Position numbers and translations under genes: made by a program
The notes under the pieces: model-generated
The model's input: only the letters and a program-made list of their open reading frames with translations
The model's database searches: none
Told to the model about the DNA's origin: nothing
Shown here: piece after piece, positions 50,682-60,612 of the stretch
Numbering within the stretch: the stretch's first letter is position 1
How the letters are laid out: each line of letters starts with the position of its first letter
NCBI GenBank assembly: GCA_022769565.1
Contig: JALEJQ010000008.1
Span: 15,833 to 79,832 of the forward strand
Origin: Oscillospiraceae bacterium
Lineage (GTDB): Bacteria > Bacillota > Clostridia > Oscillospirales > Ruminococcaceae
Reading direction: 5' to 3'
DNA: 64,000 nucleotides

Positions 50682-50710
50682 TTGATATTAAACGTTTAAT
50701 ATGGTACAAT
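50682..50710 (+). promoter_or_regulatory. promoter (TTGATA-17-TACAAT) overlapped by a LacI-type palindrome
   Basis: The 16-bp palindrome TATTAAACGTTTAATA at 50686-50701 lies in the spacer. The AAACGTTT core is typical of LacI/CcpA-family operators. Confidence 0.55.
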
Positions 50711-50771
50711 TACTTTGATAATGCGCCGGCTTTTGTTTGCGCATGAAAAAAATATAAGCGAGGTTAGTTCA

Positions 50772-53246
50772 ATGAAATACGGTTACTATGACGACGCCAA
50801 TAAGGAATATGTCATCACTTCCCCCAGAACCCCTTACCCGTGGATCAATTATCTCGGAACACAGGACTTTTTCGGTCTGATCTCCAACACCGCAGGCGGA
50901 TATGACTTCTACAAGGACGCACGTCTTGCAAGAATCACACGTTACCGCTACAATAACGTTCCTGCAGACGCAGGCGGACGTTACTTCTACATCAACGACA
51001 ACGGAACAGTCTGGAACCCCGGCTGGTCTCCCGTTAAGACCGAGCTTGACTCCTATGAGTGCCGCCACGGTATGGGCTACACAAGGATCACAGGCAAGAA
51101 GAACGGTCTTTCCGCAGATGTTACCTTCTTCGTTCCCCAGAATTTCACAGGCGAAGTTCAGAAGGTAGTTCTTAAGAACGAAAGCGGCGCTCCCAAGACC
51201 TTTAAGCTGTTCTCATTCGTTGAATGGTGCCTCTGGGACGCTAACGACGACAGCACAAACTTCCAGCGTAACTTCAACACAGGCGAAGTTGAGCTTGAAA
51301 AGAACGGCGCTGTTATCTACCACAAGACCGAATACAAGGAAAGAAGAAACCACTTTGCTTTCTATGCCGTAAACGACAGCGTTGACGGCTTCGATACCGA
51401 CCGTGAGACCTTCATGGGCAGCATCTACAACGATTTCCACAACCCTCAGACCGTTATGGACGGCAAGCCCGGAAACTCCGTTGCAGACGGCTGGTCTCCC
51501 GTTGCTTCACATTACAAGGAGATCACCCTTGCAGCAGGTGAAGAGAAAACTCTCGTGTTCATTCTCGGCTATGTTGAGAATCCTTACCCCGAAAAATTTA
51601 ACGCTGACGGCACAATGAACAAGTCCAGAGCTTACGCTATGATGGAAAAGTTCGACACCGCAGAAAAGGTTGACGCTGCTCTTGTTGAGCTTGCAAAGAC
51701 ATGGGAAGACCTCCTTGCAAAGTACAATGTACGTTCCTCCGACGAGAAGCTCAACAGACAGGTAAACATCTGGAACCAGTATCAGTGTATGGTAACCTTT
51801 AACCTTTCCCGTTCCGCATCTTACTTTGAAAGCGGCATCGGCAGAGGTATGGGCTTCCGTGATTCCAACCAGGATATCCTCGGCTTCGTTCATCAGATAC
51901 CCGAAAGAGCAAGAGAGAGAATACTCGATATTGCCGCAACTCAGCTTGAGGACGGCGGAAACTACCACCAGTACCAGCCCCTTACAAAGAAGGGCAACGA
52001 TGCTGCCGGCACAAACTTCAACGACGATCCTCTGTGGATGATACTTTCCACAGCCGCTTATATCAAGGAAACAGGCGACCTGGGTATCCTCGATGAACCG
52101 GTTGACTACAAGAACGACCCTGCTCTTGCACAGCCCCTTCTCGACCACCTGAAGCGTTCCTTCTACCACGTTGTAAACAACAAGGGACCTCACGGACTTC
52201 CCCTTATCGGCCGTGCAGACTGGAACGACTGCCTTAACCTTAACTGCTTCTCCAGAGTTCCCGGAGAAAGCTTCCAGAACACCGCTTCCAACATTGCAAA
52301 GGAAGTTGACCCCGAAACAGGCAAGCCCCTTAACGAGGAAACAGCTGAATCCGTAATGATCGCAGGTATGTTTACATATATCGGACCCGAGTATGAAAAG
52401 CTCTGCCGTCTTAAGGGTCAGACCGAAGAAGCCGACAAGGCAAAGGCTGAGATCGAGAAGATGAAGCAGGCTATCGTAGACTACGGCTGGGACGGCGACT
52501 GGTTCCTGAGAGCTTATGACGCTTACGGCAAGAAGGTAGGCTCCAAGGAAAACGAAGAGGGCAAGATATTCATTGAACCTCAGGGCTTCTGCGTAATGTC
52601 CGACATTGGCGGCAAGGAATTCACCGAAAAGACTATGGACAGCATCGACAAGTATCTTGGCACAAAGCACGGTCTTGTTCTTAACAATCCTGCATTCACC
52701 AGGTACATCGTTGAATACGGCGAAATTTCCACATATCCCGGCGGATACAAGGAAAACGCAGGTATCTTCTGCCACAACAACGCTTGGATCATGTGTGCAG
52801 CTGCATACGCAGGCATGGGCGACAGAGCATTCGATTATTATACAAGAATTGCTCCCGCATATCAGGAGGACGAGCAGCTCCACCGCACCGAGCCTTACGT
52901 TTACGCACAGATGGTTGCAGGTAAGGACGCTAAGCGTTTCGGCGAAGCAAAGAACAGCTGGCTCACAGGTACCGCAGCATGGAACTTTGTTGCAATTTCC
53001 CAGTACATCCTGGGTATCATTCCCGATTACAGCGGTCTGAAGATCGATCCTTCCATTCCTAAGGACTGGGACGGCTACGAAGTATCCCGTACATTCAGAG
53101 GTGCGGTTTACAACGTAAAGATCCAGAACCCCGACCACGTTTCAAAGGGCATCAAGTCCATCACCGTTGACGGCAAGGCTATAGAGGGCAACGTTCTCCC
53201 TGTATTTGCAGACGGAACACACGAAGTAGTAGCTGTAATGGGCTGA
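50772..53246 (+). CDS. cbp: GH94 cellobiose phosphorylase
   Basis: The N-terminus [64 protein letters not shown] closely matches remembered clostridial Cbp. 824 aa. Confidence 0.9.
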   Translation: MKYGYYDDANKEYVITSPRTPYPWINYLGTQDFFGLISNTAGGYDFYKDARLARITRYRYNNVPADAGGRYFYINDNGTVWNPGWSPVKTELDSYECRHGMGYTRITGKKNGLSADVTFFVPQNFTGEVQKVVLKNESGAPKTFKLFSFVEWCLWDANDDSTNFQRNFNTGEVELEKNGAVIYHKTEYKERRNHFAFYAVNDSVDGFDTDRETFMGSIYNDFHNPQTVMDGKPGNSVADGWSPVASHYKEITLAAGEEKTLVFILGYVENPYPEKFNADGTMNKSRAYAMMEKFDTAEKVDAALVELAKTWEDLLAKYNVRSSDEKLNRQVNIWNQYQCMVTFNLSRSASYFESGIGRGMGFRDSNQDILGFVHQIPERARERILDIAATQLEDGGNYHQYQPLTKKGNDAAGTNFNDDPLWMILSTAAYIKETGDLGILDEPVDYKNDPALAQPLLDHLKRSFYHVVNNKGPHGLPLIGRADWNDCLNLNCFSRVPGESFQNTASNIAKEVDPETGKPLNEETAESVMIAGMFTYIGPEYEKLCRLKGQTEEADKAKAEIEKMKQAIVDYGWDGDWFLRAYDAYGKKVGSKENEEGKIFIEPQGFCVMSDIGGKEFTEKTMDSIDKYLGTKHGLVLNNPAFTRYIVEYGEISTYPGGYKENAGIFCHNNAWIMCAAAYAGMGDRAFDYYTRIAPAYQEDEQLHRTEPYVYAQMVAGKDAKRFGEAKNSWLTGTAAWNFVAISQYILGIIPDYSGLKIDPSIPKDWDGYEVSRTFRGAVYNVKIQNPDHVSKGIKSITVDGKAIEGNVLPVFADGTHEVVAVMG

Positions 53247-53269
53247 TAATTCCCGATTACAATTAAAAG

Positions 53270-53314
53270 GCGCAGCTTGCATAAACCAAACCGTTTGTGC
53301 AGGCTGCGCTTTTT
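53270..53314 (+). terminator. intrinsic terminator after cbp
   Basis: GCGCAGC...GCTGCGC stem followed by TTTTT. Confidence 0.7.
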
Positions 53315-53383
53315 GCCGCCTGTTCAAATAAAAATCCGCCGCAAGAATTGGCAGGGTGTGATAAAAAAGCTTTCATTAGTCTA

Positions 53384-53412
53384 TTGATTTTACCGACCTG
53401 TTATGCTATAAT
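53384..53412 (+). promoter_or_regulatory. sigma-A-type promoter (TTGATT-17-TATAAT)
   Basis: Hexamers at 53384-53389 and 53407-53412, upstream of the LytTR regulator. Confidence 0.55.
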
Positions 53413-53440
53413 AAAAGCCAACTCAAAGGACGGTGATAAA

Positions 53441-54148
53441 ATGCGGACGGCTATCTGCGAGGACGAAAAAATATACTCGGACAAGCTGAGTGAAAGCCTG
53501 AAAAGATTTCTTTCCTCACATAATGAAAAAGCAGAAATTGATGTATTCACAGACGGTGTTCCCCTTGCTGAAAAGCTGAAAAGCGGCGAACGTTACGACG
53601 TGATATTTCTTGATATACAGCTTGAAGTCTCCGACGGAATGGACATTGCCGAAAAGCTCAGACAGTACGATAAAACCGTTCCCATAATATTTGTCACCGG
53701 GCTTGAATACCGTGCGGCGGACGGATATGCTGTAAGCGCATTTGATTATATCGTTAAATCCGACTTTGACAGAAAGTTTGAGAGAGTCATGGCAAGGCTT
53801 ATGCAGACCTTTGCCAAGAAATCCCTTTCTGTTGAGGAGCCTTCGGGAAATATTGAGATAATACCTTTATCCGAGATAATGTATGTGGAATCCGACGGAC
53901 GGGGAACGGCTGTCCACACCTCCGAAAAAACGATACATACCAATGTTCCCGTAAGCAAGCTGTCGACAGAGCTGCCCGAAGGTGATTTTGTAGAGATATA
54001 CAAGGCGATCTACGCAAACATTTCAAAAATAAAGCGCACTCTTACAGATACCCTTGAATTATCCGACGGAAAGGTGCTGCCTATGAGCAGACGTCACAAA
54101 AAAGCTGTGCTAACCGCTGTAATGGAATATGTGAGGTCGGGGATATGA
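53441..54148 (+). CDS. LytTR-family response regulator
   Basis: REC domain (ICEDE...DVIFLDIQL) plus a C-terminal LytTR DNA-binding domain (IMYVESDGRGTAVHT...). Confidence 0.85.
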   Translation: MRTAICEDEKIYSDKLSESLKRFLSSHNEKAEIDVFTDGVPLAEKLKSGERYDVIFLDIQLEVSDGMDIAEKLRQYDKTVPIIFVTGLEYRAADGYAVSAFDYIVKSDFDRKFERVMARLMQTFAKKSLSVEEPSGNIEIIPLSEIMYVESDGRGTAVHTSEKTIHTNVPVSKLSTELPEGDFVEIYKAIYANISKIKRTLTDTLELSDGKVLPMSRRHKKAVLTAVMEYVRSGI

Positions 54149-55941
54149 GCAGACGAAGCTGTATTATTACGATCATATGTGTAATTCTGTCGGCGGTCGT
54201 TCTGAATATCCTGCTGTTTAACAATATGTCATGCACGGGTGAGTATATTTTGGGCAGGGATTCGGAGGGTCGGGAATATATTGAGCGGTGTGATACTGTC
54301 CGCTTTGCAAATGAGCTGTTTTCGGAATGTGACATATCCGATTATCCCGAACTGAGAGAAAAGCTGCTTGCCGAAAAAACAGCTCTGAACGAATATATGA
54401 CCGCATGGGAATACAAAAACTCCCGTTTTGATGTGAAAACATTTTATGATGCGGCTGTCTATTCAAAGGGAGATCAGCAGGACTGGGCAGAAAATGTTCT
54501 CAGCAGAAATAATTACACCTATGAGCAGGCAGAGCAAAAAAATGAACAGCTTGACTACTGCATTTCACGGCTGAATTACGCTTTGGAGTATCAGGGATTT
54601 GCGGAATATGTTTCGGGTAATTCGGACAAGCTGCTGACCCTTTCAATGATGAATGAAAACAGCTTTGCAGCGAAAAATGCCATTAAAACGAAACGTGATT
54701 TTTACGGACTTGAAGCGATAAAGCCCACTGCGGAAAGCGATATTGGCGTAACTGCTCTATTTTCCGACAGCGTTACGGATATAATTGCAGTGCTCTGCGC
54801 CGTTATCACGGCATTTATCATTGGCAGATATATGAGAAAACAGACATTTTTCGGCAGCTCGGGGTTTGTTATAACAGGCACCGCAGTAAGTATCGGAACA
54901 GCGGCAATGTATGTCTGCAATGCGGTGCTTATGGACAGATACGCAGGTCTTGGAAATATGCTCAGACCCATACAATCGGTGGAAGCGTTCCGAACAAGCA
55001 GCATGATGATGAACATTTTTACACTCGCTGCACTCAGGATCGTTTTCAAAGCGATGTTCTGTACCGCTGTGTATTATATCCTGTCGGGAATTACGATTTC
55101 GGCGAAAAAAGCTGTCCCTATAATTATCACAGCAGCTTCCGCATTGCTGCTCGCATTCTGTCCTGCAAATATGTTTGGTGCATTTCACGCCGAAAACATA
55201 TTCGGAGTTTACGGCAATCTGAACATTCTCGGAAACGCTGTCAGTCCGCAGTCGGTATTTATACCAATAATGCTTATTATGCTTGCCGTTTCCATAGTTT
55301 TTGCGGTAAGGGTATCATCATCGGGAGCCCTTGCCGCAAGAGAAGCCGCCGAGCATGAATATTACGCCGAGGTTGGCAGAAAATACGAAGAAACACGCAA
55401 GATTCGCCATGATATAAACAACCATCTGTCAGCTCTGGGAATACTCATAAACGAAGGCAGAACTGCCGAAGCAAAAGCATATCTCGGTGAAATATCTGCC
55501 GAGCTTGCGCTTCAGAAGCCGCCTGCCGCAACGGGGAGAGCTGTTCTTGACGCACTGCTCCTAAGCAAAGTTCGGACAGCCGAAAATGAAGAAATAAAGC
55601 TTGAAATAAGCATTGAATCGGATTTTCCCGAAAGCATTTCCGACTATGACCTCTGCGGAATATTCGGCAATATTCTTGACAATGCCATTGAAGCCTGTGA
55701 AAAATGTGAGGAAAGATATATTCATCTCGCAGTAAAAAATCAGATGGATATGCTGTGCATTTTTTGCGAGAATACATATAACGGAACAGTTGCTCCGAAT
55801 TATGAAACAAGCAAGCCCGACAAGACAGTTCACGGCTGCGGAATAAAGCGAATTGAGCAGCTTGCCGCAAAGCATGGCGGTATTGTAAAAATATCCGCCG
55901 AAAACGAAGTATTTTCTATCTCGGTTTTAATTCAAAATTGA
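54145..55941 (+). CDS. GHKL sensor histidine kinase (LytS/AgrC-like HPK10 type) with large N-terminal sensor region
   Basis: 4-nt overlap with the regulator. An extracytoplasmic domain of about 170 aa, about 6 TM segments, the H-box RHDINNHLSAL, and an ATPase N-box GNILDNAIEA. Confidence 0.8.
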   Translation: MSRRSCIITIICVILSAVVLNILLFNNMSCTGEYILGRDSEGREYIERCDTVRFANELFSECDISDYPELREKLLAEKTALNEYMTAWEYKNSRFDVKTFYDAAVYSKGDQQDWAENVLSRNNYTYEQAEQKNEQLDYCISRLNYALEYQGFAEYVSGNSDKLLTLSMMNENSFAAKNAIKTKRDFYGLEAIKPTAESDIGVTALFSDSVTDIIAVLCAVITAFIIGRYMRKQTFFGSSGFVITGTAVSIGTAAMYVCNAVLMDRYAGLGNMLRPIQSVEAFRTSSMMMNIFTLAALRIVFKAMFCTAVYYILSGITISAKKAVPIIITAASALLLAFCPANMFGAFHAENIFGVYGNLNILGNAVSPQSVFIPIMLIMLAVSIVFAVRVSSSGALAAREAAEHEYYAEVGRKYEETRKIRHDINNHLSALGILINEGRTAEAKAYLGEISAELALQKPPAATGRAVLDALLLSKVRTAENEEIKLEISIESDFPESISDYDLCGIFGNILDNAIEACEKCEERYIHLAVKNQMDMLCIFCENTYNGTVAPNYETSKPDKTVHGCGIKRIEQLAAKHGGIVKISAENEVFSISVLIQN

Positions 55942-55990
55942 CCGCTTATGCAGAAAAAACGACCGCTTCTGCATAAGCGGTTTTCTTTTT
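55942..55990 (+). terminator. intrinsic terminator after the kinase gene
   Basis: CCGCTTATGCAGAA...TTCTGCATAAGCGG followed by TTTTCTTTTT. Confidence 0.75.
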
Positions 55991-56030
55991 CGGAGAATGG
56001 TGTATAATGGGTATAAAAGGAGATGTTAAC

Positions 56031-57302
56031 ATGAAAAAAAGCATTTTATCCATCGCATTGACTGCCGCCGTACTGCTCTGCGGCTGCGGCGGAAAAGGCT
56101 CCGAGCTTCCTTCCGATACAACCTATAATCACGGTCGGTATGCTATAATGGAAACGGAAAAGGGCTATTACACAAATTTCAGCAGTCCCGAAGGGCATAT
56201 GCTCCGCTACTATGAACGTGATACCGAAAATCAGATATTTCTGTGTGCAAAGCCCGAATGTGTCCATGACGGAAATGAAAACTGTGCGGCAACATACAAA
56301 AACCTGAAATGTATCAACACTCTGCTTTATGACGGGGCAATATACACTCTTGCAATTGAGGACGGCGATGTTATCAGCTATTCTTTGTACAAGGCGGCTC
56401 TTGACGGAACAAGCTTTACAAAGGTAGGTGACGCATTCTCCGTCAGCAACTCCGCAGGCGAAAAATATGAGATAATGGACGGCATCTATTTTATGATACA
56501 CAAAGGATATGCCTACATTCCCTATCATCTCACCCTTGGCGACGGTACGTTCGGTTTTGCGGGCAGCGGACTTGCTAAAATGGACATACAAACGGGCAAG
56601 ACTGAGATCCTTTTTTCGGGAGAAAACTATTTTTCCTCATATCCGCATAAAGCTATGGGCGTAGGAGATAACGTTTACTATTTTACAAGCAGCTATGGCT
56701 GTAACGATCCTAATGACGGTCTTTACAGATACAATATCAAGACAGGTAAAACGGACAAGATCTCAGATTATATTTATGACGGTATCACAATGGACGAAGA
56801 ACATTATTACACCTGCGGTGTTTATGATGACGGCACATACTGCATTTCAGCCCTTGACATAAATGCACCTTCTCTTGAAAGCGGCTGGGAAGAGCTTGGG
56901 GGAAGAATAAATGAAGAGCTGCACAAAACAGAAGGCGGTCTGTTTTCATATATGCCGAGGCTTATGCTTTATGAGGACAAGATAATAGCTGTTTCAAAAA
57001 GTGATGATTTCGTTCTTGTTATGAACAAAAACGGCGAAGTATTGGGCAGCGGAAAATATGATTTCAATGAAATATCGGGATACAGCGGCGAGCTTGTAAA
57101 GGAGTTCAATATCTCGGAGGATAAGCTGTATGTTAATACTATGCCGTTCAATTTGCCGGTCGATGATTATTACCAAAAGATATATTCCATTCCCATTGCC
57201 GATATTGGATCGGGAAAAAGCGAGTGGAAATTTGAATACGGCGTAAAAGCATGGTGGCAGATATATAATGAAATGGGCTGGGATATAAATGTTAGCGATT
57301 AA
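56031..57302 (+). CDS. lipoprotein of unknown function
   Basis: Lipobox LLCGCGG. Repetitive Y/G-rich beta-strand-like segments. Confidence 0.65.
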   Translation: MKKSILSIALTAAVLLCGCGGKGSELPSDTTYNHGRYAIMETEKGYYTNFSSPEGHMLRYYERDTENQIFLCAKPECVHDGNENCAATYKNLKCINTLLYDGAIYTLAIEDGDVISYSLYKAALDGTSFTKVGDAFSVSNSAGEKYEIMDGIYFMIHKGYAYIPYHLTLGDGTFGFAGSGLAKMDIQTGKTEILFSGENYFSSYPHKAMGVGDNVYYFTSSYGCNDPNDGLYRYNIKTGKTDKISDYIYDGITMDEEHYYTCGVYDDGTYCISALDINAPSLESGWEELGGRINEELHKTEGGLFSYMPRLMLYEDKIIAVSKSDDFVLVMNKNGEVLGSGKYDFNEISGYSGELVKEFNISEDKLYVNTMPFNLPVDDYYQKIYSIPIADIGSGKSEWKFEYGVKAWWQIYNEMGWDINVSD

Positions 57303-58152
57303 AGAACTTACAAAAAAATACGACTCCTTTACCGCTCTCGATAATGTCACATTATCCCTTGATAACGGTGTTTACGGCATATTGGGCGCAAACGGCGCAG
57401 GCAAATCCACGTTTCTCAACCTCATCACCGACAATATTAAACGCACATCGGGAGAAATTCTCTACAATGGCACGGAAATCCTGTCAATGGGCGCAAAATT
57501 CAGAAAGAAAGTGGGCTATACTCCCCAATTGCAGGGAATGTACGAGGATTTTACCGCAGGACAGTTTCTGCGGTATATCGGCACACTCAAAGGAATGAAG
57601 CACAAGGACATAAAGGAACAGACAGCGGAAAATCTCAGCATTGTGGGACTTGACAAAGCGGCTCACAAGCGGCTCGGTTCATTTTCGGGCGGTATGAAGC
57701 AGCGTGTGCTCCTTGCGGCGGCTATGCTTGATGACCCCGAAATACTCATACTCGACGAGCCCACAGCAGGACTTGACCCCGAGGAACGCATAAGGCTGAG
57801 AAATCACATTGCCGGAATATCCGCAGACAGAACGGTTATCCTTGCAACTCACGTTGTAAGTGATATTGAATGTATCGCACAGAAGGTCATTCTGCTGAAA
57901 AAGGGAAAGCTGCTGCGTTTCGGTACTCCTATGGAGCTGATAGACGAAATAACGGACAAGGTGGGCGAATTTCACGGCAGCTTTGAAGAAGTGAACGCTA
58001 TGAAGGAACGCTGCGGCAAAGGGCAGATGATGCAGCGGAGAGACGGTTTTGTTCTTCGTGCGGCTGAAAAAGACCTGCCTCCCGAGTTTGCTCCTGCGGA
58101 GAACGTTGACCTTGAAGATGTGTATTTATTCTATGCGGAGGGACGTGAATGA
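57289..58152 (+). CDS. ABC transporter ATP-binding protein
   Basis: Walker A GANGAGKST, signature FSGGMKQR, Walker B LILDEP. Confidence 0.9.
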   Translation: MLAIKELTKKYDSFTALDNVTLSLDNGVYGILGANGAGKSTFLNLITDNIKRTSGEILYNGTEILSMGAKFRKKVGYTPQLQGMYEDFTAGQFLRYIGTLKGMKHKDIKEQTAENLSIVGLDKAAHKRLGSFSGGMKQRVLLAAAMLDDPEILILDEPTAGLDPEERIRLRNHIAGISADRTVILATHVVSDIECIAQKVILLKKGKLLRFGTPMELIDEITDKVGEFHGSFEEVNAMKERCGKGQMMQRRDGFVLRAAEKDLPPEFAPAENVDLEDVYLFYAEGRE

Positions 58153-60137
58153 ACGAGCTTAAAAGAGTTTTCGGCAGGAAAATAATAATGCTGTCGGTCA
58201 TACTTGTACTGCTGAATTTCATTCTGTTTACCCTTTCCTGCGACAGCGGAAGAGATATAACGGCAGTAGGCGATGAACTTGCGGAATACATATCATCGTA
58301 CAATCAGACTGTAGAAAGCACCGTAAAGCAAAGCCGTGAGCTGAGTATGCTGAATATTTACAAGGACGGCTTCGGTTCAAAAAATATCGAAAAGACGGCG
58401 GAGGATTTTTCCGCATTATCGGATATTGCGCCGGCATACGGCGATAACCGGGGAATTGTGGTATTATCCGACTATCATATGACCGACCTTATTTTTGCGG
58501 CATTTATGATAATCATTTCGGCGGTGCTTCTTGCGGAACGCAGAAACGGTCTTGTAAACCTTATACGCAGCACATCGGGAGGACGGACAAGGCTTTATTT
58601 TTCAAGGATAGGTGTGCTTGTCATTTCCGCTGTGAGCGGAGCAGTTTTGCTGTACGGCGGAAACTATCTCGGAGCAGTTCTCACATTCGGAGCTATGGGC
58701 ATACCAAGAGCTATACAGTCCGTTCCCGAATTTTCGATGTGTTCATACCGCATTTCAGTGGGAGATTATCTTATCTGTTCGGCAGGTGTGAGGATACTTG
58801 CGGCTTTAACGGCGTCTTTGCTGTTTTTCACGCTGATAAGTCTGCTTGGAACCGTGGGAGCGTATCTTTTCGGCGGTATATTTGCGGCTGTGCAGGTGCT
58901 GTTTTATCTGCTTATCCCGTCGGTATCGTCGCTGAATGTGCTGAAATTTATGAATATATTTGCTGCTGTAAAAGCAGATGATTATTTCAGAGTGTATCAA
59001 AATCTGAACATATTTGGCAGACCTGTTTCCATACATTATGCAGGAGTGAGCTTCTGCGTTTCGGTTTTCCTTATTTGCCTTGTTTCGGGGATATTCATTC
59101 ACGGAAAAATGTATCTGAAAAGGGAGCATTTCGCCGAAAGTATACTTCTTGCCGTCCGAAAGTTCACCGAAAAGCATTCGATATGCAGGACTCTTTTCGG
59201 CTGGGAGGGCTACAAACTCATTATACGTCAATACGGCGGAATAATTGTCATATGTGCATTTTTAGCTGCATATTCGCAAGCTGTGAAGTATGATTATTTC
59301 TATCCGCAGAACCCTTATGAGCTTGAATGGTACGCAAAATATGAGGGCGAAATGACGGCAGAAAAGCTCAGTGATATGGAAACACAAAAATCAAGGCTTG
59401 AACGGTCAATTGACCTGTTTCAGAGCAGACTTGACAAGATAATGTCAGAAAAGCCCGTTGACTGGAACACATGGGGCAAGATAAAAGCCTTTCTTGACGA
59501 GGCACATGCTAAATATGATACGCTTCTGCCAATAATTGAAAACGTCCGCAGCGGTATGGAATACACAGCACGGACGGGAAATTCTGTCAGTCTTATTAAG
59601 CCATATTCATACGACCTCTTGTTCAAGCGAGATACAAAGACTGTTCAAAGGAACTCTTTATTTATCCTTATAGGCATCATCTGCGCTGTATCGGGAGTGT
59701 ATTCCTTTGAACGGCAAAACCGCATGGACGGAACGCTTCGCTCTGCATACAGAGGACGGACGGCACTTGACCTTTGCAAGATAGTATGGGTAGTTCTGCT
59801 CTGTGCTGTATTATGTGCGGCTGTCCACTCGATCCAGCTTATCCGAATTGATATGCAGCTGGGACTAAGCGGCCTTGACGCTCCCGTACAAAGTCTTGAT
59901 TTTATGAGGAACTATTCGGCTTATATGACGATAAAACAGTATATTATCGTCAAATTTGCCGCAAGAGCGTCTGCTGCCTGCGTTGTTGGTCTGGTATGTG
60001 TGCTTATCAGCAGGCTGTGCAGCGATACTTCTTCATCAATGGGGATATGTGGATTTGTGACGGCGGCTTCCTGCTTTATTCCGCAAGCCGTTTCCGGGGC
60101 GGAGTGGGTAAGTGCTTTGTTCTGGATAGGAAGCTGA
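58149..60137 (+). CDS. large polytopic membrane protein, putative ABC-2-type permease partner
   Basis: 4-nt overlap with the ATPase gene. Two blocks of TM helices are separated by a soluble insert of about 120 aa. Confidence 0.65.
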   Translation: MNELKRVFGRKIIMLSVILVLLNFILFTLSCDSGRDITAVGDELAEYISSYNQTVESTVKQSRELSMLNIYKDGFGSKNIEKTAEDFSALSDIAPAYGDNRGIVVLSDYHMTDLIFAAFMIIISAVLLAERRNGLVNLIRSTSGGRTRLYFSRIGVLVISAVSGAVLLYGGNYLGAVLTFGAMGIPRAIQSVPEFSMCSYRISVGDYLICSAGVRILAALTASLLFFTLISLLGTVGAYLFGGIFAAVQVLFYLLIPSVSSLNVLKFMNIFAAVKADDYFRVYQNLNIFGRPVSIHYAGVSFCVSVFLICLVSGIFIHGKMYLKREHFAESILLAVRKFTEKHSICRTLFGWEGYKLIIRQYGGIIVICAFLAAYSQAVKYDYFYPQNPYELEWYAKYEGEMTAEKLSDMETQKSRLERSIDLFQSRLDKIMSEKPVDWNTWGKIKAFLDEAHAKYDTLLPIIENVRSGMEYTARTGNSVSLIKPYSYDLLFKRDTKTVQRNSLFILIGIICAVSGVYSFERQNRMDGTLRSAYRGRTALDLCKIVWVVLLCAVLCAAVHSIQLIRIDMQLGLSGLDAPVQSLDFMRNYSAYMTIKQYIIVKFAARASAACVVGLVCVLISRLCSDTSSSMGICGFVTAASCFIPQAVSGAEWVSALFWIGS

Positions 60138-60265
60138 AACACTCAAAGCTGATACATATTTTTAACCAACCTATAGATAATACTAATAATAATAAAAAAC
60201 GGGAAAAAATCTGCGCCGAAATCCATTATACGCAAGATTATCGGCTTGATTTTTTTCATATTTTA

Positions 60266-60423
60266 TACTAATCCTCATTTGTTCGGTGGATAAAGTTGGT
60301 AGATAGAATTGCTCCAATCAAGGAAAGCGACCACAGGCGTGCTGTCGCACGGCAAGGAAGCTTGACGACGAGTGGTGCAATTATAGCTGCCAAATTTATC
60401 TACAGGTTAAATGAGGATTAGTA
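60266..60423 (+). repeat. TACTAAT-family structured element, copy D
   Basis: 158 nt. The most divergent copy, yet every stem is maintained by compensatory substitutions (for example CCTCATTT/AAATGAGG). Confidence 0.85.
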
Positions 60424-60454
60424 TTAAATGGTGTTTAGTATAAAACCTCACCAA

Positions 60455-60486
60455 GGATTTGTCTATAGGTTGGTTTAGAATTAGTA
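60455..60486 (+). repeat. TACTAAT-family solo right-end fragment
   Basis: GGATTTGTCTATAGGTTGGTTTAGAATTAGTA matches the right arm only. An inverted right-end remnant is also present at 60164-60187. Confidence 0.6.
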
Positions 60487-60529
60487 TGAGGACATTCTGA
60501 AAAACGGCTGAAACGTATTATAGTATTAT

Positions 60530-60562
60530 GCTGTGATGCCTTTTCTCACGGCGGATTTTTTT
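60530..60562 (+). terminator. intrinsic terminator of the ABC operon
   Basis: GCTGTGA-loop-TCACGGC followed by GGATTTTTTT. Confidence 0.55.
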
Positions 60563-60612
60563 CGTGTTATGTTAATGCCGCAGCATATTCTTCTCCGGAA
60601 ATATGTATTGCA

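Noticed and set aside
51507-53138. 543-aa minus-strand ORF, the second-longest in this region
   Set aside because: It lies entirely antisense to the clearly homologous GH94 cellobiose phosphorylase gene. The sequence is low-complexity and rich in Val, Cys, Leu and Gly, with no start context. This is a typical shadow ORF.
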